From positions 192,001 through 256,000 of the forward strand of contig CBDATS010000015.1 in the NCBI GenBank assembly GCA_965200245.1: a stretch of 64,000 nucleotides of DNA, read 5' to 3'. This DNA is from a bacterium (GTDB taxonomy: Bacteria > UBA8248). The notes under the pieces are model-generated. The model did no database searches and was not told where the DNA came from. It worked only from the letters and a program-made list of their open reading frames with translations. The translations under genes were made by a program, and so were the position numbers. Below, in pieces: positions 1 through 10,156 of the stretch. Position 1 is the stretch's first letter; every line of letters begins with the position of its first letter.

Positions 1-453
1 AAAGTACTCGATGTAGTGCTGGGCGTGGACGAGGGCGAGGAAGCCCACTTTTTTTTACTGCGTTCCTCGCTTGAAGCACTGGAAAAAGGTGTTGGCGCGG
101 CAAATTTGGAGGGAGCCTTCCTCCTCATGCTTCTTGGAGCGATGGGACTCTCCCCGGGGCTCGACTATTGTGTGGCGTGCGAGAAAAAACCCGGGAGCGA
201 GGCGGCGCGTTTCTGCGTTGCGACTGGCGAGCTTCGCTGCGCGAACTGTCCGGAGCCGATCGAGCGGACGGTGCGCCTGCGCGCGGGCGCAATCGCCGCG
301 ATGCGGGAGATTTCCAGGCAGACGCTCAATAGGTGTTTCTCCATTCGATTCACCGCGTCCCTGGAATCCGAGATTGTCCACTGCGCGGAGGCGTTTTTGC
401 AGTATCACAGCGGAAAAACTTTGCCCCGGCGGCGCGCTTCTGTTTCACGTTGA
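1..453 (+). CDS. recO: DNA repair protein RecO, C-terminal part (5'-truncated by window edge)
   Basis: Frame open from base 1. Zn motif CVAC...GELRCANC and C-terminal AFLQYHSGK are typical of RecO_C; lies upstream of argS. Confidence 0.8.
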   Translation, partial: KVLDVVLGVDEGEEAHFFLLRSSLEALEKGVGAANLEGAFLLMLLGAMGLSPGLDYCVACEKKPGSEAARFCVATGELRCANCPEPIERTVRLRAGAIAAMREISRQTLNRCFSIRFTASLESEIVHCAEAFLQYHSGKTLPRRRASVSR

Positions 454-517
454 CGGAATCGCGCCGGGGCGGTATTTGTTCCCGTGTTTCGCTTGATGTT
501 TATTCGATGAGGCTCTC

Positions 518-2191
518 GTGCTGAAAGAACTGATGGTCCCCTTGTTCGAAAATGCATTCGAAAGAGCGCACGAGGCGGGCGACCTGGCTTCCGAAGGGGA
601 GCCGGCAGTCGTCATCGAAACGCCTCCGAACGAGGCGTTCGGGGATTTTTCCTGCAACATCGCGATGACGCTGGCGAGAGCCGAGCGAAAGTCGCCCCTC
701 GTGATTGCGGAGCAGATACTCAAGCACTTCGAAGCGCCCGAAGGATTCCTGAAGGACGTCCGGATCGAAAAACCCGGCTTCATCAACTTGTATCTCGATG
801 GTGACTACCTGTGTGCGAGGCTCGGGGACATTCTGTCCGAGCCGGATGATTTCGGAAGTAACAGTTCAGGGGAGGGGATGTCCGTTCATCTCGAGTTTGT
901 GAGCGCGAATCCCACGGGACCGCTTCACGTCGGTCACGGTCGGGGTGCCGCCCTGGGCGATGTTCTTGGGCGCGTGTTGGAGGCTTCTGGCTTTCGCGTA
1001 CACCGGGAGTATTACATCAACGACGCGGGCAACCAGATTGAGACTTTGGCAAAATCGGCCTTCGCACGTTATCTGCAGGACGTGAAAGGAGAGGATGTCC
1101 CCTTTTCCGAAAATGCATACCAGGGGGAATACATTCGGGAAATCGCAAAATCGAAGAGATTTTGCGAAGGTGTCGCTGCGCTTGCGGATGAAGAAGCGCT
1201 TCTTTCGCAGGCGGGTGTCATCGCCAAGGATCTGATACTGGAAGACATCAAAAAATCCCTTGCCGGGTTTCGGGTCCATTTCGATGAATGGTTCAGCGAG
1301 TCTTCCTTGTTCACGGAAAACGGGAACAGCGTGGAAGAAGCGATCGCCGTACTGGAGGAGAACGGGAAACTCTACGAGAAAGACGATGCTAGGTGGCTCG
1401 CCTCAAGTACATACGGTGATGAGAAGGACCGCGTTGTCGTGCGCGATGACGGCCGCCCCACTTATCTGGCTTCAGACATCGCTTATCACCGTCTCAAGTT
1501 CGAACGCGGATTCGATCGCTACATCAATGTCTGGGGAGCGGATCATCACGGGTACTTGCCGAGGGTGCGTGCAGCGGTAGGAATGCTCGGTCATGATCCC
1601 GAAAAACTCGACGTTCTCTTCGTCCAGTTTGTCAGCTTGCGCCGGGGCGGGGAGACAGTACAGATGAGCACGCGATCGGGCGAGTTCGAGGAACTTTCCG
1701 CCGTGGTCGACGAGGTGGGCGTGGACGCGGCCCGTTTCTTCTTTCTCATGAGGAGCGCGGACACGACTCTGGAATTCGACCTTGATTTGGCGAAGGAGCA
1801 AAGTAGCGAGAATCCGGTGTATTACGTGCAATACGCCCATGCGCGTGCCTGCAGTATCTTCCGCCAGGCGGCGGAAGAGGGGGAGTTGCCCGGAAATCTG
1901 GACGATCCGCCGACCGGTGTGCCTGTGCTGGACGAGGAACGCAGGCTGATGAGGCATCTCCTTGAATGGCCCGATGTGGTGAGAACCGCGGCGGAGAGGC
2001 TTGAGCCCCATCACGTCACATACGCCCTTATTTCCCTCGCCAAACAATTCCATGCCTACTATAATCGAAACCGCATATTGGGTCAGGGTGAAGAACTCAC
2101 CCGTTTCCGCCTTTGCCTCACCAAGTGCTTGCAAATCGTCTTGAGAAGCGGTTTGAATTTGCTGGGAGTCTCCGCCCCCGAGAAGATGTAG
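518..2191 (+). CDS. argS: Arginine--tRNA ligase
   Basis: EFVSANPTGPLHVGHGRGA (HIGH motif), WGADHHGY, MSTRSG, NPVYYVQYAHAR, C-terminal LLGVSAPEKM. Confidence 0.98.
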   Translation: MLKELMVPLFENAFERAHEAGDLASEGEPAVVIETPPNEAFGDFSCNIAMTLARAERKSPLVIAEQILKHFEAPEGFLKDVRIEKPGFINLYLDGDYLCARLGDILSEPDDFGSNSSGEGMSVHLEFVSANPTGPLHVGHGRGAALGDVLGRVLEASGFRVHREYYINDAGNQIETLAKSAFARYLQDVKGEDVPFSENAYQGEYIREIAKSKRFCEGVAALADEEALLSQAGVIAKDLILEDIKKSLAGFRVHFDEWFSESSLFTENGNSVEEAIAVLEENGKLYEKDDARWLASSTYGDEKDRVVVRDDGRPTYLASDIAYHRLKFERGFDRYINVWGADHHGYLPRVRAAVGMLGHDPEKLDVLFVQFVSLRRGGETVQMSTRSGEFEELSAVVDEVGVDAARFFFLMRSADTTLEFDLDLAKEQSSENPVYYVQYAHARACSIFRQAAEEGELPGNLDDPPTGVPVLDEERRLMRHLLEWPDVVRTAAERLEPHHVTYALISLAKQFHAYYNRNRILGQGEELTRFRLCLTKCLQIVLRSGLNLLGVSAPEKM

Positions 2192-2221
2192 GCCGCATCT
2201 GCCCGCGAAAACGAGAAGTCT

Positions 2222-3010
2222 ATGAAGTCTATCCAGAGAACATCCGCAAAACGCTATAACGTCGTTATTGGCAAACTGCAGATGTGGGTATTTTCGGTCA
2301 TCCTGCTCGCGCTGATGGCCGTCTCCTTCGGTTTCGGCTACCGGTGGGGAGCAGACTCGCGCAGTGCACCAGGCAAGCTGGCCGAAGCCGAAGTCAAGCA
2401 GCCTCCGCTTGAAATTGCCCAAAAGGGAAAGGATGAACAAGTTGCAAGGATGGCAGACGTCACGCAGGAGAAAGCGCCCGAAACGAAGACAGAGGCGACC
2501 GGGAAAAGCATGGACGTGATTAAGCCGAAATTCTACCAGGATCTGCTCAAGGAGAACCAGGGAAACGAACAACCTATCGAGCCCATCAAACTTCCCGTGG
2601 CGAAAAAGGAAACACTACCGAAACCAGCTCCCCGGCAATCGGAACCGGCGTCTGCGGAGAAGCCACCCACGATGGGAATCGTCGAGGAGAAAGGGAATTT
2701 GGATAACACTGCTCAGGTAGTCGAAAAGCCTGTACAAGCGGTGCCGCGCGCTTCGAAACCCTGGGCGAAGGTAGGTGGATTTACCATTCAGGTTGTATCG
2801 TTCAAGCAGTTTGACGAGGCACTCCGAGTCGTCCGCAAGCTACGAAACGCTGGTTTTCAGCCCTACATCAAGAATGCGGACCTCGGTTCAAGGGGGAAGT
2901 GGTACCGCGTGCGGGTGGGGCACTTTCGGGACAAGGTGGAAGCCAAAAAGAAACTCTCCGAGATGCAGGTGAAACTCAAGCTCCCAAGGGCAATAATTAT
3001 AGCGATGTAA
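2222..3010 (+). CDS. SPOR-domain membrane-anchored cell division protein (FtsN-like)
   Basis: N-terminal TM helix, Pro/Lys/Glu-rich linker, C-terminal FTIQVVSF...WYRVRVGHF SPOR signature; the argS-SPOR adjacency is common. Confidence 0.85.
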   Translation: MKSIQRTSAKRYNVVIGKLQMWVFSVILLALMAVSFGFGYRWGADSRSAPGKLAEAEVKQPPLEIAQKGKDEQVARMADVTQEKAPETKTEATGKSMDVIKPKFYQDLLKENQGNEQPIEPIKLPVAKKETLPKPAPRQSEPASAEKPPTMGIVEEKGNLDNTAQVVEKPVQAVPRASKPWAKVGGFTIQVVSFKQFDEALRVVRKLRNAGFQPYIKNADLGSRGKWYRVRVGHFRDKVEAKKKLSEMQVKLKLPRAIIIAM

Positions 3011-3063
3011 AATGCCCATGAATACAGTATTTTGCAGTTTTATTGCTACAAATGACTTTAAGC

Positions 3064-3092
3064 TTGACACTCGTGCCCGGCGTTCCTAATAT
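3064..3092 (+). promoter_or_regulatory. Sigma70-type promoter for lipA operon
   Basis: TTGACA (3064-3069), 17-nt spacer, TAATAT (3087-3092); followed by SD GAGAGGAGGA and ATG 3127. Confidence 0.7.
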
Positions 3093-3126
3093 GAGCCTCC
3101 CGATTCCCGGGAGAGGAGGAAATTCA

Positions 3127-4110
3127 ATGGCTTCTCGACGCTTTCCGCCCTGGCTCGTAAAGCGCCTGCCGAGCCCGAGCCGGGCACACGAGGTCAAGGT
3201 GTTGATGCGCAACAAGCACCTGCACACCGTGTGCGAGGAAGCCCGTTGCCCGAACTTGTTCGAATGCTTCTCGCGCAACACGGCGACCTTCATGATCGGC
3301 GGAGACGTTTGCACCAGAACCTGCGGCTACTGCGCCGTCACAAAGGGCACGCCCGAACCTTTGGACCAGAATGAGCCCCTGCACGTGGCGCAGGCCGCGA
3401 AACATCTGGGTCTCAAGCATATCGTCGTGACGATGGTAAATCGCGACGACTTGTTCGATGGTGCGGCCGGTCACGTTGTGGCGACGATCAAGGCAATTCG
3501 TGCCCTGTTGCCCGAGGCTACGGTGGAAGTCTTGGTGAGTGATTTTATGGGCGACTTCGACGCGGTCGAGCAGGTGGTTCGCGCGAGGCCCGATGTTTTC
3601 AATCACAATATGGAGACAGTGAAGCGGCTGTTCAAGGGGACCCGCCCGAACGGTGATTACGAACGCTCGCTGCGCGTTATCGGCATGGCGCGGGAGATAG
3701 CTCCGGATATGGTGACGAAAAGCGGTGTCATGGTCGGCATGGGCGAAACCGAAGAGGATGTGCTCTCCTTGATGGATGATTTGAGAGACGAAAACGTCGA
3801 TTGCCAGATAATGACGATCGGCCAGTATCTCGCGCCCCGGAAAAAGGCGATTCCCGTTCGCGAGTACATACATCCGGACGTCTATGCGCGATACCGCGTG
3901 GCAGGTGAGGCGAAGGGTTTCTCTCACGTTTTCGCGGGTCCATTTGTCAGAAGTTCCTACAATGCGGAGGAGGCCTTGCACGCCTCCCAGGGTTTGAGTG
4001 AGGGGAAACTGCAGGGAGACCCCGAGGGCCGTGCCTTCATGACGGCCGATGGCTTGGGCAGCAACGTACCCGCTCCCCCTCATCGCCTCCTGTCCTTGCC
4101 CGTCTGTTGA
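3127..4110 (+). CDS. lipA: Lipoyl synthase
   Basis: CEEARCPNLFEC, radical-SAM CTRTCGYC and RSSY motifs. Start moved to ATG 3127 behind a strong SD. Confidence 0.96.
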   Translation: MASRRFPPWLVKRLPSPSRAHEVKVLMRNKHLHTVCEEARCPNLFECFSRNTATFMIGGDVCTRTCGYCAVTKGTPEPLDQNEPLHVAQAAKHLGLKHIVVTMVNRDDLFDGAAGHVVATIKAIRALLPEATVEVLVSDFMGDFDAVEQVVRARPDVFNHNMETVKRLFKGTRPNGDYERSLRVIGMAREIAPDMVTKSGVMVGMGETEEDVLSLMDDLRDENVDCQIMTIGQYLAPRKKAIPVREYIHPDVYARYRVAGEAKGFSHVFAGPFVRSSYNAEEALHASQGLSEGKLQGDPEGRAFMTADGLGSNVPAPPHRLLSLPVC

Positions 4111-4122
4111 GGATTTTTGAAC

Positions 4123-5319
4123 ATGCATGAGTTCCAACGCATCACGCGCCTGCCCCCCTATGTCTTTGCGAGCGTCGACGAATTGAAGATCGAGGCTCGT
4201 CGTCGAGGCGACGACATCATCGATTTCGGAATGGGGAATCCTGACCTTGCCACTCCGCCGCACATCGTGGAAAAACTCGTCGAGGCGACGACGAATCCCA
4301 GGAATCACCGTTACAGTGCTTCGCGCGGCATCACCAGGTTGCGGACAGCCATCGCCGATTGGTACGGGCGCCGCTATGACGTGAATATTGATCCCGAAGA
4401 GGAGGCCATCGTTACCATTGGTGTGAAGGAGGGACTTTCCCACCTGGCCCTGGCCATAACGAACCCGGGTGATTTGGTGATGGTGCCGATTCCTACCTAT
4501 CCCATCCACACCTACGCCATGGTGCTGGCAAACGGCAACGTGGTTCATGTACCGCTCTCGCAGGGGTATGATTTCTTCGAAAACATGACTGACATCATCC
4601 GTCCCATCTGGCCACGGCCGAAAATCCTTGTGTTGAGTTTTCCCCACAACCCCACTACGGTTTGCGTGGACCTCGATTTTTTTGAAAAGGTCGTCGCATT
4701 CGCGAAAGAATACAACCTCATCGTGGTCCATGATTTCGCTTATGCCGATTTGGGTTTCGACGGCTACGAGCCACCCAGCATCTTGCAGGTGAAGGGTGCG
4801 AAGGATGTGAGCGTGGAGTTTTTCTCACTCTCCAAGAGCTACTCCATGTCCGGATGGCGAATTGGTTTTTCCGTGGGAAACCGCGAACTCATCGGCGCGC
4901 TGAGGCGCATCAAGAGCTACCTGGACTATGGAGCCTTCCAGCCCATTCAGATTGCCTCGATCATCGCGCTGAACGGCTCCCAGGATTGCGTCGAGGAGAT
5001 TCGGCAGATTTATCAGAGTCGCCGCGATGTGCTTTGCAACGGACTGGAGAGAATCGGCTGGCCGGTTCAAAAGCCAATGGGCACAATGTTCGTATGGGCG
5101 GAGATTCCTCCAGCCTATAAGGAAATGGGCTCTCTCGAGTTTTCCAAATTTTTGTTGAAAGAAACCGAGGTCGCCGTATCACCCGGCATTGGTTTCGGTG
5201 AACTGGGCGATGGGCATGTGCGCTTCGCGCTCGTAGAGAATGAGCACCGCACGCGGCAGGCACTCAGAAACCTGCGATCCCTGTTTCAGGAGAAAGCGAC
5301 CAGTCGGGCAGTAAGTTAG
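4123..5319 (+). CDS. Class I/II PLP aminotransferase (AlaC/LL-DAP aminotransferase family)
   Basis: [39 protein letters not shown] (PLP lysine); typical position upstream of hom. Confidence 0.9.
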   Translation: MHEFQRITRLPPYVFASVDELKIEARRRGDDIIDFGMGNPDLATPPHIVEKLVEATTNPRNHRYSASRGITRLRTAIADWYGRRYDVNIDPEEEAIVTIGVKEGLSHLALAITNPGDLVMVPIPTYPIHTYAMVLANGNVVHVPLSQGYDFFENMTDIIRPIWPRPKILVLSFPHNPTTVCVDLDFFEKVVAFAKEYNLIVVHDFAYADLGFDGYEPPSILQVKGAKDVSVEFFSLSKSYSMSGWRIGFSVGNRELIGALRRIKSYLDYGAFQPIQIASIIALNGSQDCVEEIRQIYQSRRDVLCNGLERIGWPVQKPMGTMFVWAEIPPAYKEMGSLEFSKFLLKETEVAVSPGIGFGELGDGHVRFALVENEHRTRQALRNLRSLFQEKATSRAVS

Positions 5320-5345
5320 TTCGCCGTTCACGGGGTCAACATGGC

Positions 5346-6674
5346 ATGAAGAAAATTTGCGTCGGTATACTGGGCTTGGGCACCGTCGGAAGCGGTGTTG
5401 TGAATCTGCTTGACGAGCAGCGGGAATTGATCAAAAGGCGCCTCGGCGTGGAAGTGTGCGTCTCGAAAATAGCGGATCGCAGCGTTTTCACCAAAAAGAA
5501 AACAGCTCGCGGGGTGACTGCCGAGAACATGGGGACGGACTTCGAGGCCGTTATCGACGCGCCAGAGGTGCACGTGGTCGCGGAACTCATCGGCGGGACG
5601 GAAGACGCCAGACGCCACATTTTGCGGGCAATCGACAGGAAAAAGCCGGTGGTGACCGCAAACAAGGCAGTGCTCGCCATTCACGGGGAGGAAATATTCG
5701 CCGCGGCCGAAAAGGCGGGCTGTCCATTGGGTTTCGAGGCGTCCGTCGCAGGCGGGATTCCGATAGTCAGAAACTTACGGGAAGCCTTTGCGGCGGATAA
5801 AATCGAGAGGCTCGCAGGCATTCTCAACGGAACGTGCAACTATATCCTGAGCCTCATGACGGAGATGGGCGCAGACTTCGACGAAACGCTCCAGCGCGCG
5901 CAGGAACTCGGCTACGCGGAGGCCGATCCGGCTTTCGATATAGACGGCGTAGATGCTTCGCACAAGATAGCGATTCTGGCGAACCTGGCCTACGGAACGC
6001 CTGTAGAAGTCAAGGAATTCCACACCGAAGGGATACGCCAGATAACGTCCGACGACATTGAGATTGCCAGGGAACTCGGGTATCGGATCAAACTTATCGC
6101 CATGGCGCAGGAGAAGGATGGAAAACTCGATATCCGTGTGCATCCGACGATGCTCTCCGACAGCCACCCTCTCTCGCAGATTGGGGGAGTCTACAATGCG
6201 GTGGCCGTCTCGGGAGTGAATGCCGGGCCACAGGTTTTCATCGGAAAGGGCGCGGGTTCGGAGGCCACTGCCTCGGCCGTTGTGGGCGACATCATTGAGG
6301 TGGCGAGGTGGCTCCGGAACGGAGGCGACTCGCGGATTCCCGCTGCTGCTTACTTGCCGGACCAACGCGCGCAGCTCGAAATCCTCACGCCCAGGGAAAT
6401 TTCGACTCGTTTCTATGTTCGCTTCGCGGCTTTGGACAAGCCAGGGGTATTGAGCCGTATCTCCGGTGTTTTCGGCGAACACGACATCAGTCTCGAAACC
6501 GTCGTCCAAAAGGGCCACGCCGGCGAGGACGGCTATGCCCGTCTGGTGTTGCTCACCCACAAGGCGACCGAAGAGAACATGCAGAACGCACTCGGTGAAA
6601 TTTCCCGCCTGGACGCCGTGCAGCCTGATTATGCACTTATTCGCGTGGAATCGGACGGAATGGCTTTCATGTGA
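5346..6674 (+). CDS. hom: Homoserine dehydrogenase with C-terminal ACT domain
   Basis: GLGTVG, VTANK, FEASVAGGIP, GILNGTCNYIL, GYAEADP, ACT DKPGVL. Confidence 0.97.
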   Translation: MKKICVGILGLGTVGSGVVNLLDEQRELIKRRLGVEVCVSKIADRSVFTKKKTARGVTAENMGTDFEAVIDAPEVHVVAELIGGTEDARRHILRAIDRKKPVVTANKAVLAIHGEEIFAAAEKAGCPLGFEASVAGGIPIVRNLREAFAADKIERLAGILNGTCNYILSLMTEMGADFDETLQRAQELGYAEADPAFDIDGVDASHKIAILANLAYGTPVEVKEFHTEGIRQITSDDIEIARELGYRIKLIAMAQEKDGKLDIRVHPTMLSDSHPLSQIGGVYNAVAVSGVNAGPQVFIGKGAGSEATASAVVGDIIEVARWLRNGGDSRIPAAAYLPDQRAQLEILTPREISTRFYVRFAALDKPGVLSRISGVFGEHDISLETVVQKGHAGEDGYARLVLLTHKATEENMQNALGEISRLDAVQPDYALIRVESDGMAFM

Positions 6675-6701
6675 TCGAGCAGACGAAAGAGCTCATCTCC
6701 T

Positions 6702-7952
6702 ATGCAGAAAATCCTGATGGTTCTGGCTCGCGGCCTCGCCGACAGGCCGATGGCGGACTTTGGTGGCGAAACGCCCCTGGAAAGGGCGCACACACCGGCG
6801 CTGGATCGCCTGACGGGTTCCGGGTTTTCCGGTATCTGGTCTCCTGCTTGCGCTGATACGTATCCCTGCCTGGATGGATTTTTCAAAAGGTTTTTTGGTT
6901 CCAGGGATACCCTTTCTTCCGGGCTGATGCTGGCCGCTGCCGCCGACAGTCTCCCCGAAGTTGGAGAAGTGGTATTCCGGCTTAACTTCGTGTGCCTGAA
7001 ACCCGGTGCCACGAGTGTTGTCATGCTCGACCCGACCGGCTTCGGTGTCACTGACGAGGAGAATCGCGAACTCATCGCTTATCTGGAGCAGAACATGCCG
7101 CCTGATTCAGGTGAATATTTTCGCTTCGAATCTTTGGGCGGATGTGAAGCATTGCTCTTCTATCAGCGCGATGGAGCGCCGCTTTCACCGGAATCTTTCG
7201 GGGGTTTTGCGCCTCCGCATGCGATCACCGGAAAGCCCATTGGAGAGCATATGCCTGTGAACGCGGCGGCACGGCGATTCGTTCATTTCGTGAATGATTC
7301 CCAGATGGTGCTTTCCACACACGCAGGCTTGAGAGAAAAAGCGCACACCCGCATGTTCGCTGCGAACTCCGTGTGGCTTTGGGATGGTGGTCTCGCAGAA
7401 GAGGTGGAGCGCATTTCGATCACAACGGGTGGCAGGGATGCTGCGCTCATAACCGACTCGCAACTCGTAAAGGGCTTTGCCAAATTGGGGGGTGCGGATA
7501 TATATGAGCCGGGGGAGGAGGCATCCGCCACGGTGATGGATGCGCTTTCACGACATGATTTCGCCTTCTGGATAGAGAATGCGGACGACATATCCCCTTG
7601 GCGCGAACCCGAGGAGAAGATCGAGGCCATCGAGAGGTTCGACGCCGGGTTCATGTCGCCCTTGCTCGAACAATTGAGCGAGACTTGTCGTATCTTTGTG
7701 GCGGTGGACCATGGTTTCAGCGTGGAATCCCAGGAATGGTTCACGGGGACCGTACCATTCGCCATGGCGGATTTCGATGGCGAGAACTTTACGCCGCCGA
7801 AACAACCGGGCCGATTGACAGTCATCTGGGAGATGATTCGTGGCGGGCAGGGGAAGCAAAACAATTCGGACGTCGGCTTTTGCGAAAAACTTGGGCGTGC
7901 GGGACGTGTCTATTCACTGGATGCGGTAAAAAGAAGATTGTTCGCTGGGTGA
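6702..7952 (+). CDS. Divergent ApgM/cofactor-independent phosphoglycerate mutase-family protein (proposed homoserine kinase family), catalytic residues largely lost
   Basis: GLADRP..GGETPLE.AHTPALD, FRLNFV, PPHAITGKPI, ANSVWLW, KIEAIERFD, VDH, VPF; located between hom and lysC. Confidence 0.75.
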   Translation: MQKILMVLARGLADRPMADFGGETPLERAHTPALDRLTGSGFSGIWSPACADTYPCLDGFFKRFFGSRDTLSSGLMLAAAADSLPEVGEVVFRLNFVCLKPGATSVVMLDPTGFGVTDEENRELIAYLEQNMPPDSGEYFRFESLGGCEALLFYQRDGAPLSPESFGGFAPPHAITGKPIGEHMPVNAAARRFVHFVNDSQMVLSTHAGLREKAHTRMFAANSVWLWDGGLAEEVERISITTGGRDAALITDSQLVKGFAKLGGADIYEPGEEASATVMDALSRHDFAFWIENADDISPWREPEEKIEAIERFDAGFMSPLLEQLSETCRIFVAVDHGFSVESQEWFTGTVPFAMADFDGENFTPPKQPGRLTVIWEMIRGGQGKQNNSDVGFCEKLGRAGRVYSLDAVKRRLFAG

Positions 7953-7962
7953 TGGAGCAGAA

Positions 7963-9171
7963 ATGAGTCTGGTCGTAAAAAAATTCGGCGGCACCTCGGT
8001 TGCAGATCTGGACAGGATTCGCGGCGTCGTGAAGCGAGTGTCTGTGGCGAGAGATTTCTGGGACAGCATCATCGTTGTCGTGAGCGCAATGGCGGGAGAA
8101 ACCGACAAGCTCATCCGGTTCGCGTACGATCTCTCGCCTGAGCCGGTAGGCCGGGAAATGGATTTGCTGCTTACCTCCGGGGAGCGCATTGCGAGTTCGC
8201 TTTTGGCCATTGCGCTCGATGCGGCCGGAATCCCCGCCATATCCCTGACTGGCGGGCAGGCAGGCATCCTGACGGAAGGAGCCCATACCCGTGCCCGTGT
8301 GCGCTCCATTCGCCCTGCCAGGATTCTCAGGGAACTCGACGAAGGCAAGGTGGTCGTGGCCGCTGGCTTTCAGGGAGTTGATGAGTTCGATGAGGAAACA
8401 ACGCTGGGGCGCGGAGGTTCCGACCTCACTGCCGTTGCTTTGGCGGCGTCGCTGGAAGCGGACCGCTGTGAGATTTATACCGATGTGGACGGAGTATACA
8501 CGGCCGACCCGCGCCTTGTCCCCAACGCGATGCGCATGGAGCAGATATCGTTCGAGGAGATGATGGAACTCGCGTCCTTGGGCGCGAAAGTGTTGCAGGC
8601 GCGTTCTGTGGATTTGGCGGCGAAGTACGATCTGCCGCTTGTCGTCCGATCCGCATTTGATGAAGGAGAGGGAACATTGATCGTTCCAGAGTCGACGGGA
8701 ATCGAGTCTCCCGCCGTTCGCGGCGTGAGCTGCGATTCGAAGCAATCGAAACTCACTGTGAGTGCTGTACCCGACAGGCCCGGAATCGCCGCCGCTCTTT
8801 TCGGTCAGTTGGCCGAGGAGTCCATCATGGTGGACATGATCGTTCAGAATGTGAGCGAAAACGGCCTGACTGACATCTCCGTCACGGTGAACAGCGACAT
8901 GGCGCAGCAAGCCGAGCAAATCATGCGGAAATCGAATGAATCATTCGGCGGCATGGCCATCTCCCGTGACGATGACATCGCGAAAGTCTCTGTTGTGGGA
9001 ATGGGCATGAAAAGCCAGGCCGGTGTGGCGGCGCGCGTTTTTTCCGCCCTCGCGAGACACCGTATCAACATCATGATGATCTCGACTTCGGAGATTTCGA
9101 TATCCGTCGTGGTTCGCCAGGCGGATTCCGAGTATGCGGTGCGCGTACTGCACAAGGAGTTCATCGGTTGA
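7963..9171 (+). CDS. lysC: Aspartate kinase
   Basis: [39 protein letters not shown], two ACT domains. Confidence 0.97.
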   Translation: MSLVVKKFGGTSVADLDRIRGVVKRVSVARDFWDSIIVVVSAMAGETDKLIRFAYDLSPEPVGREMDLLLTSGERIASSLLAIALDAAGIPAISLTGGQAGILTEGAHTRARVRSIRPARILRELDEGKVVVAAGFQGVDEFDEETTLGRGGSDLTAVALAASLEADRCEIYTDVDGVYTADPRLVPNAMRMEQISFEEMMELASLGAKVLQARSVDLAAKYDLPLVVRSAFDEGEGTLIVPESTGIESPAVRGVSCDSKQSKLTVSAVPDRPGIAAALFGQLAEESIMVDMIVQNVSENGLTDISVTVNSDMAQQAEQIMRKSNESFGGMAISRDDDIAKVSVVGMGMKSQAGVAARVFSALARHRINIMMISTSEISISVVVRQADSEYAVRVLHKEFIG

Positions 9172-10145
9172 GTGATGCATTGACGTTTCAGGAAGTGATT
9201 ATGGGGCTGGAAAGGTTCTGGTCAGAAAAAGGATGCGTCATCCAGCAGCCATACGACATCGAGGTGGGTGCAGGCACCATGAACCCGGCCACCTTTCTGC
9301 GCGCCCTCGGCCCCGAACCCTGGAAGGTAGCCTACGTCGAGCCCAGCCGGAGGCCTACGGACGGCCGCTACGGGGAGAACCCGAACAGGCTGCAGCACTA
9401 CTATCAATATCAGGTGATTTTGAAGCCCTCGCCCATCGATGTGCAGGAGCAATACCTCGAAAGCCTCGAAAGTCTGGGAATCGATCCGCTGGAGCACGAT
9501 ATTCGCTTCGTCGAGGATGACTGGGAATCGCCTAACCTGGGAGCGTGGGGTCTGGGCTGGGAAGTCTGGCTCGACGGCATGGAGGTCACACAGTTCACGT
9601 ATTTCCAGCAGGCGGGCGGACTGGATCTGGAGATGGTATCCGCTGAATTGACCTACGGGCTCGAGCGCATCGCGATGTATTTGCAAGAGGTGGAAAGCGT
9701 GTATGACTTGATTTGGGCACGCGATACCGATGGGGGGATCGTACGCTACGCTGACGTGCACCATCAGGCCGAAGTGGAATTCAGCCATTACAATTTTGAG
9801 GAAGCGGACGTAAAGATTCTTTTCGACATCTTTGACAAATACGAGGCGGAAGGTTTGCGCCTCGTGAAGAAGGATCTCACGTTCCCTGCCTACGATCATG
9901 CCCTCAAGTGTTCGCACACCTTCAATCTCTTGGATGCGCGAGGCGCGATCAGTGTGAGCGAGCGGGCGCGCTATATCGGCAGAATCAGAAAAATGGCACG
10001 CGCATGTGCCGAGAGTTATTTGAAATCCCGTTATGAGGCCGGTTTCCCTCTCATCAGGGACAAGGGGCAGCGCGAAGGGTTTCTCGCCCTCTATTCCCCT
10101 CAATACGATGCGGAAGAGGCGAAGTTGAAAGCGGACAAGGGCTAG
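9168..10145 (+). CDS. glyQ: Glycine--tRNA ligase alpha subunit
   Basis: [40 protein letters not shown]. Confidence 0.98.
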   Translation: MSDALTFQEVIMGLERFWSEKGCVIQQPYDIEVGAGTMNPATFLRALGPEPWKVAYVEPSRRPTDGRYGENPNRLQHYYQYQVILKPSPIDVQEQYLESLESLGIDPLEHDIRFVEDDWESPNLGAWGLGWEVWLDGMEVTQFTYFQQAGGLDLEMVSAELTYGLERIAMYLQEVESVYDLIWARDTDGGIVRYADVHHQAEVEFSHYNFEEADVKILFDIFDKYEAEGLRLVKKDLTFPAYDHALKCSHTFNLLDARGAISVSERARYIGRIRKMARACAESYLKSRYEAGFPLIRDKGQREGFLALYSPQYDAEEAKLKADKG

Positions 10146-10156
10146 GGAGGTTCGTT

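Noticed and set aside
3124-4731. 535-aa minus-strand ORF and other long antisense ORFs (1472-2572, 7822-8919, 10793-12022, 13985-15049, 56392-57294)
   Set aside because: They lie fully opposite well-recognised genes, have no recognisable motifs, and are the expected shadow of GC-rich codon usage.
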